Assembly (NCBI GenBank): GCA_025201805.1
Contig: MU619386.1
Location: forward strand, 31,394-75,845
DNA from: Parasitella parasitica NRRL 2501
Taxonomy: Eukaryota > Fungi > Mucoromycota
DNA: 44,452 nucleotides
Direction of reading: 5' to 3'
In this document: positions 11,375 through 24,545 of the stretch, one piece after another
Position numbering within the stretch: the first letter of the stretch is position 1
Layout: each line of letters starts with the position of its first letter
Notes under the pieces: model-generated
Database searches by the model: none
Told to the model about the DNA's origin: nothing
The model's input: the letters and a program-made list of their open reading frames with translations, nothing else
Program-made: the position numbers and the translations under genes

Positions 11375-12298
11375 TCAGCTATCTAGCAACTGTCTAACGT
11401 TGTTGAAATAAGCGTGTTTCAATGCATCTTGGGCGCTGATTCTTAATTGAGGTTGGTATTGCAGCATTCGAGTTAACAAATCCAAACCTTCTGGATCGAT
11501 GTTTGGCACGAATTGGGATAGGGGCTGTGGCGGATGAACGACTTCTAGAGGTTTGTGTTTATATTCAGGAAGTTGCGAGATGCCTGGCCATGTTTGTTCG
11601 TTTGGTGTCCCCAATAAACGGAAAATCTTTTGCAATTGGTCTTCGTTAGTGGTGCCAGGAAACAGAGGTCTACTGGTATACATTTCAGCCATAATACAGC
11701 CGGCCGACCAGATATCAATGGACGTTGAATACATACGCGAGCCCAGCAACACATCAGGTGCACGGTACCAAAGCGTGACCACCTCATTCGAGAATGTGTT
11801 TACTGGGATACCAAATGCACGAGCTAAGCCGAAATCTCCCAGTTTTAGATGAAGTTGATTATTGATTAGTAGATTCTGCGGCTTCAAATCTCTATGCAGC
11901 ACACGGTGTTCGTGGCAGTAAGCTATTCCTCGAAGCAATTGATACATGAACGATGTGATTGTTTGCGGTCTCAGCGATCCATGAGGACGCGGATTTGAAT
12001 CCATGTACTTTTTCAAATCTTGGTCCATAAATTCAAAAACCAGAGTCAGTGTGTTTTCTGTGTGGATCACATCCTGAAGGCGCACAATATTGGGATGCTT
12101 GAGTTCTTTCATAAGAGAGATTTCTCGGATAGCTGTAGAAGGTGTTCCTTCCTCTGGGTCCAAGTAGATTTCCTTCAAAGCGACAATTTCTCCTGTTTGT
12201 GTGTGTTTGCCTTTGAAGACCGTTGCGTATGTTCCTTCACCAAGTTTTTCTAAACGTGCGTATCTTTGTTGAGGCAGACGGTTCGTGTTGGCTTCCAT
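11375..12298 (-). CDS. PHO85: Cyclin-dependent kinase Pho85/CDK5 type, intronless
   Basis: [70 protein letters not shown]. Confidence 0.93.
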   Translation of the reverse strand: MEANTNRLPQQRYARLEKLGEGTYATVFKGKHTQTGEIVALKEIYLDPEEGTPSTAIREISLMKELKHPNIVRLQDVIHTENTLTLVFEFMDQDLKKYMDSNPRPHGSLRPQTITSFMYQLLRGIAYCHEHRVLHRDLKPQNLLINNQLHLKLGDFGLARAFGIPVNTFSNEVVTLWYRAPDVLLGSRMYSTSIDIWSAGCIMAEMYTSRPLFPGTTNEDQLQKIFRLLGTPNEQTWPGISQLPEYKHKPLEVVHPPQPLSQFVPNIDPEGLDLLTRMLQYQPQLRISAQDALKHAYFNNVRQLLDS

Positions 12299-12925
12299 AC
12301 TGTTAAAATTTAGAGAGAGAGAAAAGCAAAGAAAGAGAAAAAGATGAGCTTCTTGTGCATTTTGTGTGCATGTGTTAACAAGCAGCTCGTTGGCATTCAA
12401 AGTCAGTTTTGTCTTTCATTTCTTATTACAAGATATGCATTATCGTTCAAACGACATGTATGTATTGTATATATATATAAATATCATTATATTATCAATT
12501 AAATGGTAATACACGACAATAACACAAAGAATAAGACAATCATTTACATGGTATATTTTATAGAAATGTGTATAGTTGTTGAATTGGGGAAATCCTAATC
12601 TATGCTCTTGATTTCTTAGTTTCTACGAATGCTCTTTTCTTGCACAGAAAAAAGGTTACTTCCGTCCATTGCTGCGGTTGAAGATTGCGAACAGGGTATT
12701 CATAGTAACCACTGTAGTATAGTAATAGTTTCCTATACAAAAGTGCTTTTTTTTTTCCGACATGTGTTTGTTATTATTGTTGTCGTGTGTTGGTAATTCA
12801 TTGTTTTGTACCACTTGCCTAATGAAGGAGAATGTTTATACAAATGTATTTTTATATTCAACCCCTCTCTCTTTCTCTGGAAATTAGGCTTCATCTTTCT
12901 TCTTTCAAATTATTTACGCATTCGC

Positions 12926-15900
12926 ATGCCAAAATACAATATTCCGATGAATAGCCTATCCGTTCGTTTTCAGAAAGAGCAGCGAGTAATCAAGCAGTTA
13001 ACACATAAAGATGCACTAGCAGACGCATTGGTATCGCTATATAACAATGCCATGAATCAACATTCAAATCAAGATTGTAATAACAAATTTATTGAATTAT
13101 GTGAGTATCAATCAGTATTGGCAACAGTTTTTAAGCACTGACAAAAATTTAGACAAGCCCGTTTATCAGGAATTAAGTAAATCTAAACTGTCGCTAAAAG
13201 ACTTTCAGATGCTGCATAAAGATTCGTTTGCGGAAGGCGCCTTTGGAAAAGTGACAATAGTCAAAAGCACTCGCAACAACCAAATCTACGCCATGAAGAC
13301 ATCCAATAAATCAAAATTAATCGACCAAATAGACAGATCATCTCCAATGGAAGAGCGTCTGATATTAACTAACGAAAATGAGGAATGGCTGCCTAGTTTA
13401 TATGCTTCTTTTCAGGACGAAAAGAACTTGTATCTAGTTATGGAATATGCTACTGGCGGCGATCTGCAAGGCCTGATAGAAAGACGATCTTTCCAGCCAT
13501 TCAGTGAGCAAGAAGCAAGGTTTTATTGTGCTGAACTAATTTTGGCGGTTGAGCGTGTACATCAGTTGGGATATATGCATCGTGATATCAAACCTGGAAA
13601 CATACTTATTGATAACAAAGGCCACATTAAGCTGGGCGATTTGGGATCGTGTATTTCGTTGGATGCAAAAGAGTACCTTCTTATGGTCGGGACAATGCCC
13701 TATGTCTCACCAGAAATGTGCAATTCAGAAGGATTTGATTCAAGTAATGGCGCAGTTGCTTATGGTTCAGAAGTTGATTGGTGGTCTATGGGTATTATTT
13801 TGTACGAGCTTCTGTATGGTGAACGTCCGTTTACAGGCTCTGATATAAAGATCCAAATGAGTCTTTTGAACCCAAAGGTAAAACAGCATACCGTGCTATG
13901 TTGTGGTGGATGTATTGACAGTTTCCCTAATTAGGTTTCGGTTCAATTTGACGCAAATATTAAAGTTTCCGATGAGGCAAAAGACCTACTATCAAAGTAA
14001 GCTTACATTTCCAGTAATGTGTAATCTTACATTAACGCTTTGACAAATCAGGCTTTTGTGTAAATCAAAAGACAAGAGATTAGGTTGCCATGGTGCCGCT
14101 GAGATCAAATCACACCCCTTTTTCAAAGGAATCAATTGGAGTTTGTTGCGCACAACTGCAGTTCCACCGTTTATTCCTTCCATTGTATCACCAGATGACG
14201 TTACATTCTTCTCTGCTACCAGCAATGAGAACGGGAATCACGAGCAAGACGTAGATGATGACGAGCACTCGTTTGTAATTACTGAACATGACGAGCAAAC
14301 AGATGCCCTCGTTAAAGAATACCCTTTTATCGGTTATACCTATTCCAGTTTCAACAACACAGCATCGACGATCGCAAAGCCTGCAAGATCGAGCAGTAAC
14401 CAAGAGTTTATTGCACAGTACAGACAGAGGCTAAGCAGCCCTGAACCTAGACAATGGGAAGAGGAGAAGCTTAAGCTCAAAGTGGCACACGAAAAGGATT
14501 TAGAACAACTTAAATTAGAGCAGGCTGAAGAAATCAAGGCACTACAGCAGACACTAGCCGAATTACAGGATAGAAATACGCGATCGGAACAGTTGATACA
14601 ATCACTCAAAGACGAAAATGGCCAACTGAAATCTTCTTTGGTTGATATACGAGATTCAAAAGCCCAGCAGGCTCAAACACTGTCCATTGTACAAACTTTA
14701 CAAGACCAATCGAGCGAAATGCAAAAAGAACATGACAAACTAAACTCTACGATTAAATCACAAGAACACGAATTAGAACAGCTACAAGCAACTATACAGG
14801 AACTGCGCACTGAAAATAAGCAGCTCGTCAAATTCAAACAAGAAAATAGCGACAGCGCGCAGTTACGAGAGGATTCGAGCCAACAACAAGCTAAGCTCCT
14901 TGGCCTGAGAAAAGAGTTGGATTTGCTGACAGACAAGCTTAGCACTTGTGAGAAACAGGCTGTAGAATATCGAAACCACATTAGTAAATTAGAAACCTGC
15001 CAACAATCCAACGACAAATACCAGTTGACAATACAAGAGTTTCAGCTGGAAATCAAGGAGCTGGAAGACAAGGCACAGAAAGAAGCAAACTATAGTCAGA
15101 AGATAGAACAACAGTACAGCCAAAAATTGATTGATCAAGCGAGTGGTTATGATAATTTGATAGAGCAACTCAAGAAAGAATGCGATCATCTTAAACAGGA
15201 GCTATCAGAGAAAAGATCAGCAGAGTCTGCCGCAGCTGCCGAGATGAAAATGAATAGATCATCCAAATCCTTACCTGCTATACCCATTACGGCGACATCT
15301 GAGCCAGCATCAGCTATGGATTCGCCAGGGGAAGGTCGTTCAATCTTGGCCTCCATGTGGCAACGGGAGAGAGATTCATTGAAAAGTGTACAACAGGCCT
15401 TAGAGCATTCCGAGAGTCAACTTGCTTACGCCAAAATGGAAGTAGTGCGATTGAAGAGAGAGGTCAAATGTTTCCAAAAGTATACGTTTCAGCAGCAGCA
15501 ACAGCATGGCTTCACTTCAGTAGATCTTGATGACCGAAATAATGATACTTCGCTGCCAAAAAACCAATCCGATAATAGCAAGCTATATAACCATCAACGA
15601 AAGACATTGCCCTCAAATCACAACAATATTGATTGGACGCCGTCAGACTTTTCTGAAAAACCTGATGATGGATATTCTTTACGGATTTCAGGAAAGATGA
15701 AAAAGACCAATAGGTAAATATTCTCAATCAGAAATACCTGTGTTTTCATATACTAATTGCGCATAATAGCTCTATTGAAAACAACCAAAAGCAAGATCAA
15801 GCCTTACTGCGCAAGATCGAACAAGAAAAGAGTTTTATCAAGAGCACAGAAAGAACCATTGCTGCTCGTGCTCGACTGTCTCGAAATGAAGGAGCCATTG

Positions 15901-16115
15901 GGAAAGAATTAGAGGCCTCGCTGAAACGTGCTCGATTCACTCTTGCCTCACTTGAAAGCTCATTAAGCCCCAATGTAAGTTTTCAAACATAATCAGTAAA
16001 ATTAACCATGCCTGACTGAAATTTCACGGAATAATAGAGGTACTACTCTCCATCTGACTTTTTTGCATCCCAAAAACCTTTCTCATCGACCGTTGATGGG
16101 CTATCAAATGATTGA
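12926..16115 (+). CDS. AGC Ser/Thr kinase of DMPK/ROCK/MRCK/citron type with long coiled coil, 6 exons
   Basis: Exons 12926-13100, 13153-13877, 13935-13996, 14052-15713, 15770-15974, 16038-16115. Motifs GAFGKV, YAMK, LYASFQDEKNLYLVMEY, HRDIKPGN, KLGDLGSC, VGTMPYVSPE, AGC tail PPFIP..PFIGYTY, then heptad-rich region. Confidence 0.85.
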
Positions 16116-16555
16116 ACCATCTTGCACTGTTTTCTAAAATAACTTGGTATATGTATACTCCCACGAACAAAACCTTGCATTTAAATCTTTTGTACATATT
16201 CCTGTAAATATACTACTATCTTATCAAACTCTATAAACTCGATGGCACAATATATCCTTTCGATCCCGTTCTAGAATGAGTGTATAAGCTTCAAATATTG
16301 TGAAAAACTAGAGACTACTGTAAACCAAAAGCCTATCGCTAATGAATAGGAGTACTTTCAGGATTCTTTTTACTATTTTTTTTCTGTGAATTGCGCTAAA
16401 GTTTATTCAGAAGTATGTTGAATACAATTCCAACAATCCTTTACGCATTTACCCCATATCACTCATGTAGATTGATCCCAAATTGTATATGATCAACTGG
16501 CTATTTCGAAAAAAAAATACACGACAACAATAGCAATGATTTTTTCAAACAAAGC

Positions 16556-16851
16556 AAAAAGAGTTAGTTCCCATCTGTGATGGTAGTGTACTTCAATACT
16601 TCTCCAACGTGCGATCTCACAGCCGAACCAGTGCTCTAGGTTTTCCCTGCTGTATTGCTACCCTCGGGCGTTTCCCCAGTATTGAACAACCTCCCAGCCC
16701 AAGCCTACGCTCGAGCTCGAATGTTGACACTAGACTCTCTAAGACACTGTTTTCGACAAAGCACAAAGCAGACCATTAGCCCACCTACGAATGAATTCAT
16801 CTCTTTATAGACCGCAACTCTGCTTACAGAAAGCTGTGAAACTTTCCGGTC
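16556..16851 (-). ncRNA. SCR1: Signal recognition particle (7SL/SRP) RNA
   Basis: Minus strand: helix 8 CCC-GAGG-GUA-GCAA-UAC-AGCA-GGG (SRP54 site); helix 6 agctcgagc-GUAG-gcttgggct with GNAR loop; Alu-like 5' GACC..GAAAGU/GCUUUC-UGUAA..GGUC; terminal aaagag/ctcttt pairing; TATTTAAA at about -30 (16874-16881); T5 Pol III terminator; ~295 nt. Confidence 0.88.
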
Positions 16852-17121
16852 GACCAGAGTTTGAGGCGCGATCTTTAAATAGCCATACTTTTTCTGAGCT
16901 TTGCAAGTTGTGGGATGATTAAAAATCGTGTCAACCAACACGGCCCTTTGATTAGTTACATTTTTCAGTTTACAGTTTAGACAAGATGGATAATCCAGTC
17001 GTAATTTACAACATAAAAACGATTTAAAGACGGAACACGATTGCTAATGCTTTACCGCTTTATTATCAAAACAGGGAGAGTAAAGTAATCAGCTCAAAGG
17101 TCATCAAAGACTATGAAAACC

Positions 17122-20100
17122 TCAACGACGTAAAGATCTGAATCTTCCAGAAAGTGATGTCCAGAACGACTCTCTGCGAGGATGACCATATTCATCGTAT
17201 TCATCCGACATGGATTCTAATTGTGGACCAGGACCAGCAGTATATGTATTTTGGTGCCTAGGGATCGGAGGAGCAGCCTCCCTTCCAGCAGCAGGAACAC
17301 CCCCAGCATCCAAATAATCACCATTCTGTTGATAAGGGTCGGCATAAAAGTCTTCATTATCTAGTTCATTTTGCTGTTGGCGCATCTGTATTCCTCGTTT
17401 GTATCTTCTTCGCGCAAACAAAATAGCTCCTACAAGTAAACCAGCGCCTGCTACAGAGCCAACAACAGCGCCTGCTATAGTACCACCTGATACCTGTCCA
17501 TTATGGCTTGACTTTATGTCTGAGGTATCTGCAGCTAATGATGGAATCAAAGTTCTATATTTCGAATTTGGTTCAATGTATGCAGATTACTCATAAAAAT
17601 TTATCGTATTTACGTGGTAGGGATAACTGTAGTAATTGTGGTGGTTATGCCATCTACTACAATCTCGGTTTCTGTATGGATTTCAGTCTGTGCTGTCACC
17701 ATGACTATAGTTGACCCAGATCCAGGTGCAATCATTGCCGAAGAAAATACTAAATCACTTGAAGTGGAGCTAGTAGGTGAAATAGTCGTAGAAAAGGACT
17801 CCATCTGTCACCATTATTATTAGAGATATGCATCCATTTAAAGTCTATACACTTACGCTACTAGAAGCAAGAGAAGCAACGCCACCGCTGCCTGTAACTG
17901 TTGGTTGAAAGAAAGAAGAATAATCCATTACAGACGAAGGTAATATCAAAGCTGAAGCAGTTATTGAAGGCGAAGCAGCAAAAGTACTAGAAGTAATGCT
18001 AGATAAAATTGATGGAGAGTCAGTTGATTTCGTAGCAGAAAACATCAGAGAAGGTGTATCTAATGAATTCAATGAAGAGCTTGAACCGATTGCATTCGAG
18101 AGACTTGAAGAAACTGCAACAGAAGGTGGTAAGCCAGTAACAGATTGGGAGGCTGCATTGCTTGATATTGCAGTATCTGTAATGGTTGCACTGAGTGTTG
18201 GCGACAGATCAGTTACAACCGTGGAAGATGTAGAAAACAGAGTTGCAGTTGTATATGACCCTGGCTGCGATATTGTAGTTAGAGTAGAAGAGACAAAGGT
18301 AGTTGCTGTAGTGGTTGAATCAGATAACACAGTGGCACTCGTCGAACTCAGAGATACAACTAAAGCAGTTGATTCTGTTGAAGACGCAGCTATGCTCTCT
18401 GATGTTGATTCAACTGTTGGAACAGAGGCGCTATCTGTAGTAGATACAATAACGCTTCCTGTTGTAAACGTAGATATGCTTTCAGAACCAGCAGTAGAGC
18501 TGCTCTCCGCGGTTGAATCAGTAACAGTACTGCCTGTCGTAGATGTGCTATCACTCACTGTCGCAGAAGTAGTTATACTAGAAACCACACTACTTTGAGT
18601 AGTTGAAGCAATTATACTGGTTGAGGAAGGAATTGCGCTGTCTTCCGCTGTTGCTGAAGCTATAGTACTAGTTGGATTGCTACTGTCAATGTTTGATGTG
18701 GTTATTGAAACTCGGTTACTAGTTAAAGCTTCTGATGTAATTGATTCAGTTGCGGATTCTGAAGCAATGGGCACTGTCGTTGATGTTTCTGGGTTTGCTG
18801 GTGTTCGAATATCTGTTGATGTACTTGAAGGAAGTACTAGAATGGAATCCGAAGCTGTCGTGGTGACGGATAAAGGTGAATCAGTAATAGAGGCAGCAGC
18901 AGATGCCTACAAGATTTGTGGATTAGGAGTTATATTATATATAGGAATCCGTCTATTATGTATATATTTACCCTGGTGTCAGATGAAGAAGCCATGGAAA
19001 CTGTAGATGATTCAACAGTCGCAGAGGTTGTGGCTTCAGCCATAGAAGTAGCCATTGTTTTCGTACTCTTAATAGTTGTTGTAGATCCATCAGATGTGGC
19101 TTCAGCGGCAGTGGATGTGGTAAACTGGTTTGACTTGGTAATAGGTTCGATTGATTCAGATGGCTCGTTTAAATAAGTGGTAGTCATGGCAACATTGCTA
19201 CTTGATGTTGTAGCATCTGCGCTACTGGTGGGCTCTCTAGATGTCGTAATTGCTTCCGTAAATGTAGTTTTCGAATCACTAGCTTTTGTGATTGTTGTTA
19301 CTTCCTCAGTTCCCAAAGCCGTAGTAGCTTTTTGTGTTTCCTTTGTTGTACTACTCGGCTCGATGAATGTTGTACTAGTTTGATCATCTTCAGTGGTCTG
19401 AGCGGTGGTTGAGGGACGATCAGATGTGGTACTACTAGTAGCAGTATCTTTTTCTTTTCCTGTTGTTGTTTCTGGTATAGTAGTAGTAACAGCCGTCTCT
19501 GAGCTACTAGCTTCCTTTTCAGAAGTCGATGTGGCTTCATCACTATTATTGTCAGAGGTTTTACCGTCATTAGCAGCAGTTTTTGAGTTATCATCAATGT
19601 CATTATCGCCAGACGAGTTGTCAACAGCAGTGTTGTTTTCGTCAGATTTGGCCATTTTTTTTCAAAATGGTAGGTCAAGAAGAAGAGGAAAGAGAAAGGT
19701 CATCCCGCATGTCAATTTACATCATAATATATGTATTCAGGACGTCGGGGAGAGTATCCCAAAAAAGAAGTGAGACCAAAGGATTGTAGCACAATGGCAG
19801 AATCAATCAAAATGTCGGAAGACAAAGCATTTACCGGTATCAGACAAAAAGCCAAGAATAGCACCAAAAAGATTTGGTGTGGAAAAAAGAAAGAGCACGA
19901 CAACGATGAGTATATATTATAATCATAAATATTCTTCATATTTAGGAAATCTTACGTTTTTGATGTTGGTTCTTCATTTGAAGTGGGGGTTGCTTTATCG
20001 GCAATACTGCTGTTAGTAGATTCATTTTCTATCGTCGAGGCTTGAGCTTTTACTAATGTGCTACTAGCTGATAGTGTACCCTCTGAGTTTTTTGACGAGG

Positions 20101-21234
20101 ATTCTAGAGTTGCGGTGGTTAATTCAGGCATATCATTAGATGCAGTAGTGCTACTGCTCTCATCACTAGTCATAGTAGTTTCAGTACTTGTTGTAGTGGG
20201 TTTCTCAATCAAAGTGGTCTGCACAGTTTTGTTGCTTGTTTTGCTAGTTTTTTCAAGGGCTGTTGCTGAAAGGTATTCAGTCGTTGTATTATCATATTCA
20301 AGCGAATTAGTATAAGAGTCTTTCGATGTTGTTCTTGTCTGCTCTTTTTTGATAGATTTGTCCTGTTGTAAAAATGCATTAGAAAATGAGGCATAAATTC
20401 TTGATCAAGCGTATCATTTACCTCAAGGTCAGTATAAGTGCCGATTGTATCATAATCTTTGGATATCTCTTGTCTTCCAGTTTTGCTCGTTTTTTTTATG
20501 GTTGTCGATTGATGAACAACATCAGTCGAGGTAGTGGTTTTATCCTTATCAACAGTTGTTTCCCTCTCACTAACTGCAGATACAGTGCTTTTATCGTCTT
20601 CATTTGTGGTTGTTGCTTCGATGCCTTTGTTTTTGCGTGTTGAAGTTTGGTCTATGGTTGATAATCTCTCAGTTTCTTCATGGTCAGTCGTAGTGTCCTC
20701 TGACCCTTTAGTAGTTGATGTCTCGGCATCTTCTTCTTGAGATAACGTTGTCGCCCCTCTATCTCTGCTACTTTTCAAAGTTTGTGTGGCTTCTTGATCA
20801 TTTTTATTATCAGATGGTATTGTTTTTTGATTGGCAGAAGTAGATGTCTCCTTAGCATCTGTACTGGTAGCCTTCTCATCTTTACCATCGGTTCTATCGG
20901 ATTCGACGGGTTCTTTATCTTTATTCTTACTACTGGAGTTGTCATTATCGTCTTGATCTTGTTCAGCACTGGAAGTTGAGGTTTTTTCATCTTTATCTTT
21001 GCCTGCCGATGTAGTTTTGTCTGTATCTTTAGTTGAAGGGGCCTTATCTAATTCATTCTTGTCAGAGTTCTATTTCAATTATATATAAATAGGTATTTAA
21101 TGATTTTACAAGTAGCAACATACGTTTGATTCAGAACCATCATCAATGCCTTTTCCATTTACAGACTTTAAATACACTAGATCTTGTGGCAATTGTGAAG
21201 AAATTGTAGCTTTACTTGATCTCCCTTCAACCAT
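17122..21234 (-). CDS. Very large Ser/Thr-rich, mucin-like single-pass membrane protein (Mid2/Wsc/Msb2-like surface sensor); 5' end uncertain
   Basis: Chain of S/T/acidic exons joined in frame by GT-AG introns. TM helix GGTIAGAVVGSVAGAGLLVGAILFA followed by RRR and a Tyr/acidic cytoplasmic tail. No clear signal peptide found; could be two genes split at ~19655-19952. Confidence 0.7.
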
Positions 21235-21502
21235 ACTGCTGTAATATGTATAGTAAATCAGTAATCAAGTGTAAAAACAAAAGAAAGACGAAACATAACT
21301 ACAGATGCTATGTAATTTACTATTTATACACATTTATAGTTCTTTATTGCTTTAGCCGGAGCCGAGATTAATCGCATCTTTTTGCCAACAAAAAAAAGAA
21401 ATGTCTTGAAATAATTTGCAGGCATTTTTTTTTCTCTATAAATACATATAATTATGCTTTTGTTCATAACGAATGAAATCGCCTGCAATCATCATTATTC
21501 TA

Positions 21503-22705
21503 TCAGTCTAGATCAGCAATAAAGCAGTTTGTAGATTTAACAAATGTATCAACGGGAATGCCTAACTTCCAATCAATATGGCCAGCACCAAGGTAAATAA
21601 CCGATGGCTACATTTTGCATGTCAGATTCTGGGAAATTTATAGCCGATTCAACCTATATAACTCACCTTCAGTTCTGTAATTGACTCAGCAAGTATGATG
21701 GGAATGGGTTGTTTCATACCTAAAATTGATTACAATTGTTATAAATAATTTATCGTCGTATAGCGAAAATTGAATGCTAACCGATTGGACAAACTCCTCC
21801 TTTTTGGTAGCCTGTCAATTCAAGTGACACCTGTCAGAAACAAAAGAAGATTAATAAACACTTTTTTTTGGGCACTATGTGCGTATGTCGGCAAGAAATT
21901 ATATGCATACCTCGGGATCAGCTAGACGATAATTGTAATACTTTTTGCTAATTTCCTTATTTTTCAAACCTCGGCAAAAATTCAACATCTTTTGTGTGTT
22001 GACTGGTTTGACATACTATTGCAAATGTATTACTACAATGACGTGCGCATACATTGCCTAATATCAATTTACCTGCGTGATGACACAGTAGTATCTTGAA
22101 TAATTTGGATCTAATGTTTCGATAAAGTTAAATCGAATCCATCATAATATGATTAAATAAAAAATGGTACCTGAAATATCTTGATGAGTACAACGAGTGT
22201 TTTCTAATACAACACTCTTGCACATGTGCTCTTTTGAAGGAGCATTGACTCTAAAACTTAAATTTCGAGAGTATTCTCAGTCTTCGAATCAATGTACAGA
22301 GCTGTTACTTACGCTCTCTGTTGGAGTTCCCAGTCATAATAGTCAGATTCGACAGGGATAAGTTGACATTCGTCCAAAATCCCTAAATCTTTGCAACCTT
22401 GTTCAACCTATTTTCAATCAACACCAGGCAAAGAAAGAATCTAGACAAGCTGTATAATTGGATATTATTTACCTGAGTGACAACGTCAGGAATATCAGCG
22501 CATTCAGTGTAAGCCTTGTTTGCACATTCCTTTTTCCAATCTGCTTTGTAATCTTCAGAAACTATAGTGTAAAGTGAACTAATATCACCCTGTAGTTTCT
22601 TTATTTCAATTGTGAGTGCTATACATAAATAAGAAAGTAACGCTATAATTAAATCTTTACTCTGGTGGCTTCACGCTCCTCTGCTGGTAACTCATCCACA
22701 ATCAT
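21503..22705 (-). CDS. YbaK/ProX-like aminoacyl-tRNA deacylase domain protein, ~9 short exons (absent from ORF track)
   Basis: Exons splice in frame to ..VESDYYDWELQQRAVNAPSKEHMCKSVVLENTRC..DPNYSRYYCVITQY..ISKKYYNYRLADPEVSLELTGYQKGGVCPIGMKQPIPIILAESITELKPSVIYLGAGHIDWKLGIP..ADLD*. First splice junction uncertain. Confidence 0.85.
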
Positions 22706-23552
22706 TCTTTTTTGTCAGGAGGAACAAGGAAAATAGTGCGTTCTCAACAATCGTTGACGAGGGGTAAATATTTGATCACCGTCAACTGAGATCTATCATC
22801 GTAAAGTAGCCAGTATTTTACAGAATGAGTCTAGTAGATGTAAACACAAAAGCATAACCATATGTGAAAACAATTAATCTAGTTTTGCTTCTTTCTTTGC
22901 TGGATCAAATTGTTTCTCTCAATTGGGGCCCGTGTTTCCATAGGTACCAGGAACGGAAAAAAAAACATAGCCATGGCAACAAAATAATCACACGTTCCAG
23001 AGAGTAGCATAATCTGACATGATATGTATCCAGGGCAAAATTGTTACGCTGTTATTCTCAAACGTAAAGCTTAACACCCATATTTGTATACAACTATACA
23101 TCTGCAAACCAATTTCGTTACAATACCCGGATATAGTATGGTAGGAATAAACGTTTAACCAGGACTTTGGTGCCAGAAAAACTTGGGAATTCTGTCAGAG
23201 CAAATAGCAGCCTTTCAAAACGATGTGAATGATGTACACTCTATTGATGCAGCATAGGTGTTCTTTATGTAGTATAAGTTATCATTTTCCACTCACAGTA
23301 CGTTGATAGATATGATATGCTTCCCTTATCATTGACTTGGAGATCACTCGAAATCGCATGTTATCGTCTTTGAGACTGTTGTTCATGTCAATTATATGCA
23401 TTTTTTTATGGGTAGGATAAGCTCACTCTAAATCTTATTAAACCTTACATCCTATTCATTTCTCTCTAGCTCGATGGGGACATTAATAACACACTTTTGC
23501 TATTAGGTTTCGAAGGTTTTGAAGGCATTGCAAGCTTGATATCTTTACTTGA

Positions 23553-24545
<993 letters not shown>

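Noticed and set aside
16560-16850. RNase MRP/P reading (GGAAAGUUUC, aggGAAAAcct, ACAGAUGGGAACU) and the 78-aa ORF 16705..16941
   Set aside because: Motif order and spacing do not fit P/MRP, while SRP helices 5, 6 and 8 explain the whole region.
10204-16851. HAC1 and SRP RNA (both ER-related), or POLD4 and ORC4, as functional gene clusters
   Set aside because: Separated by unrelated genes. Proximity alone is not evidence without synteny or co-expression data.
17399-20979. Long Val/Glu-rich plus-strand ORFs
   Set aside because: Antisense shadows of Ser/Thr codon runs in the mucin gene.
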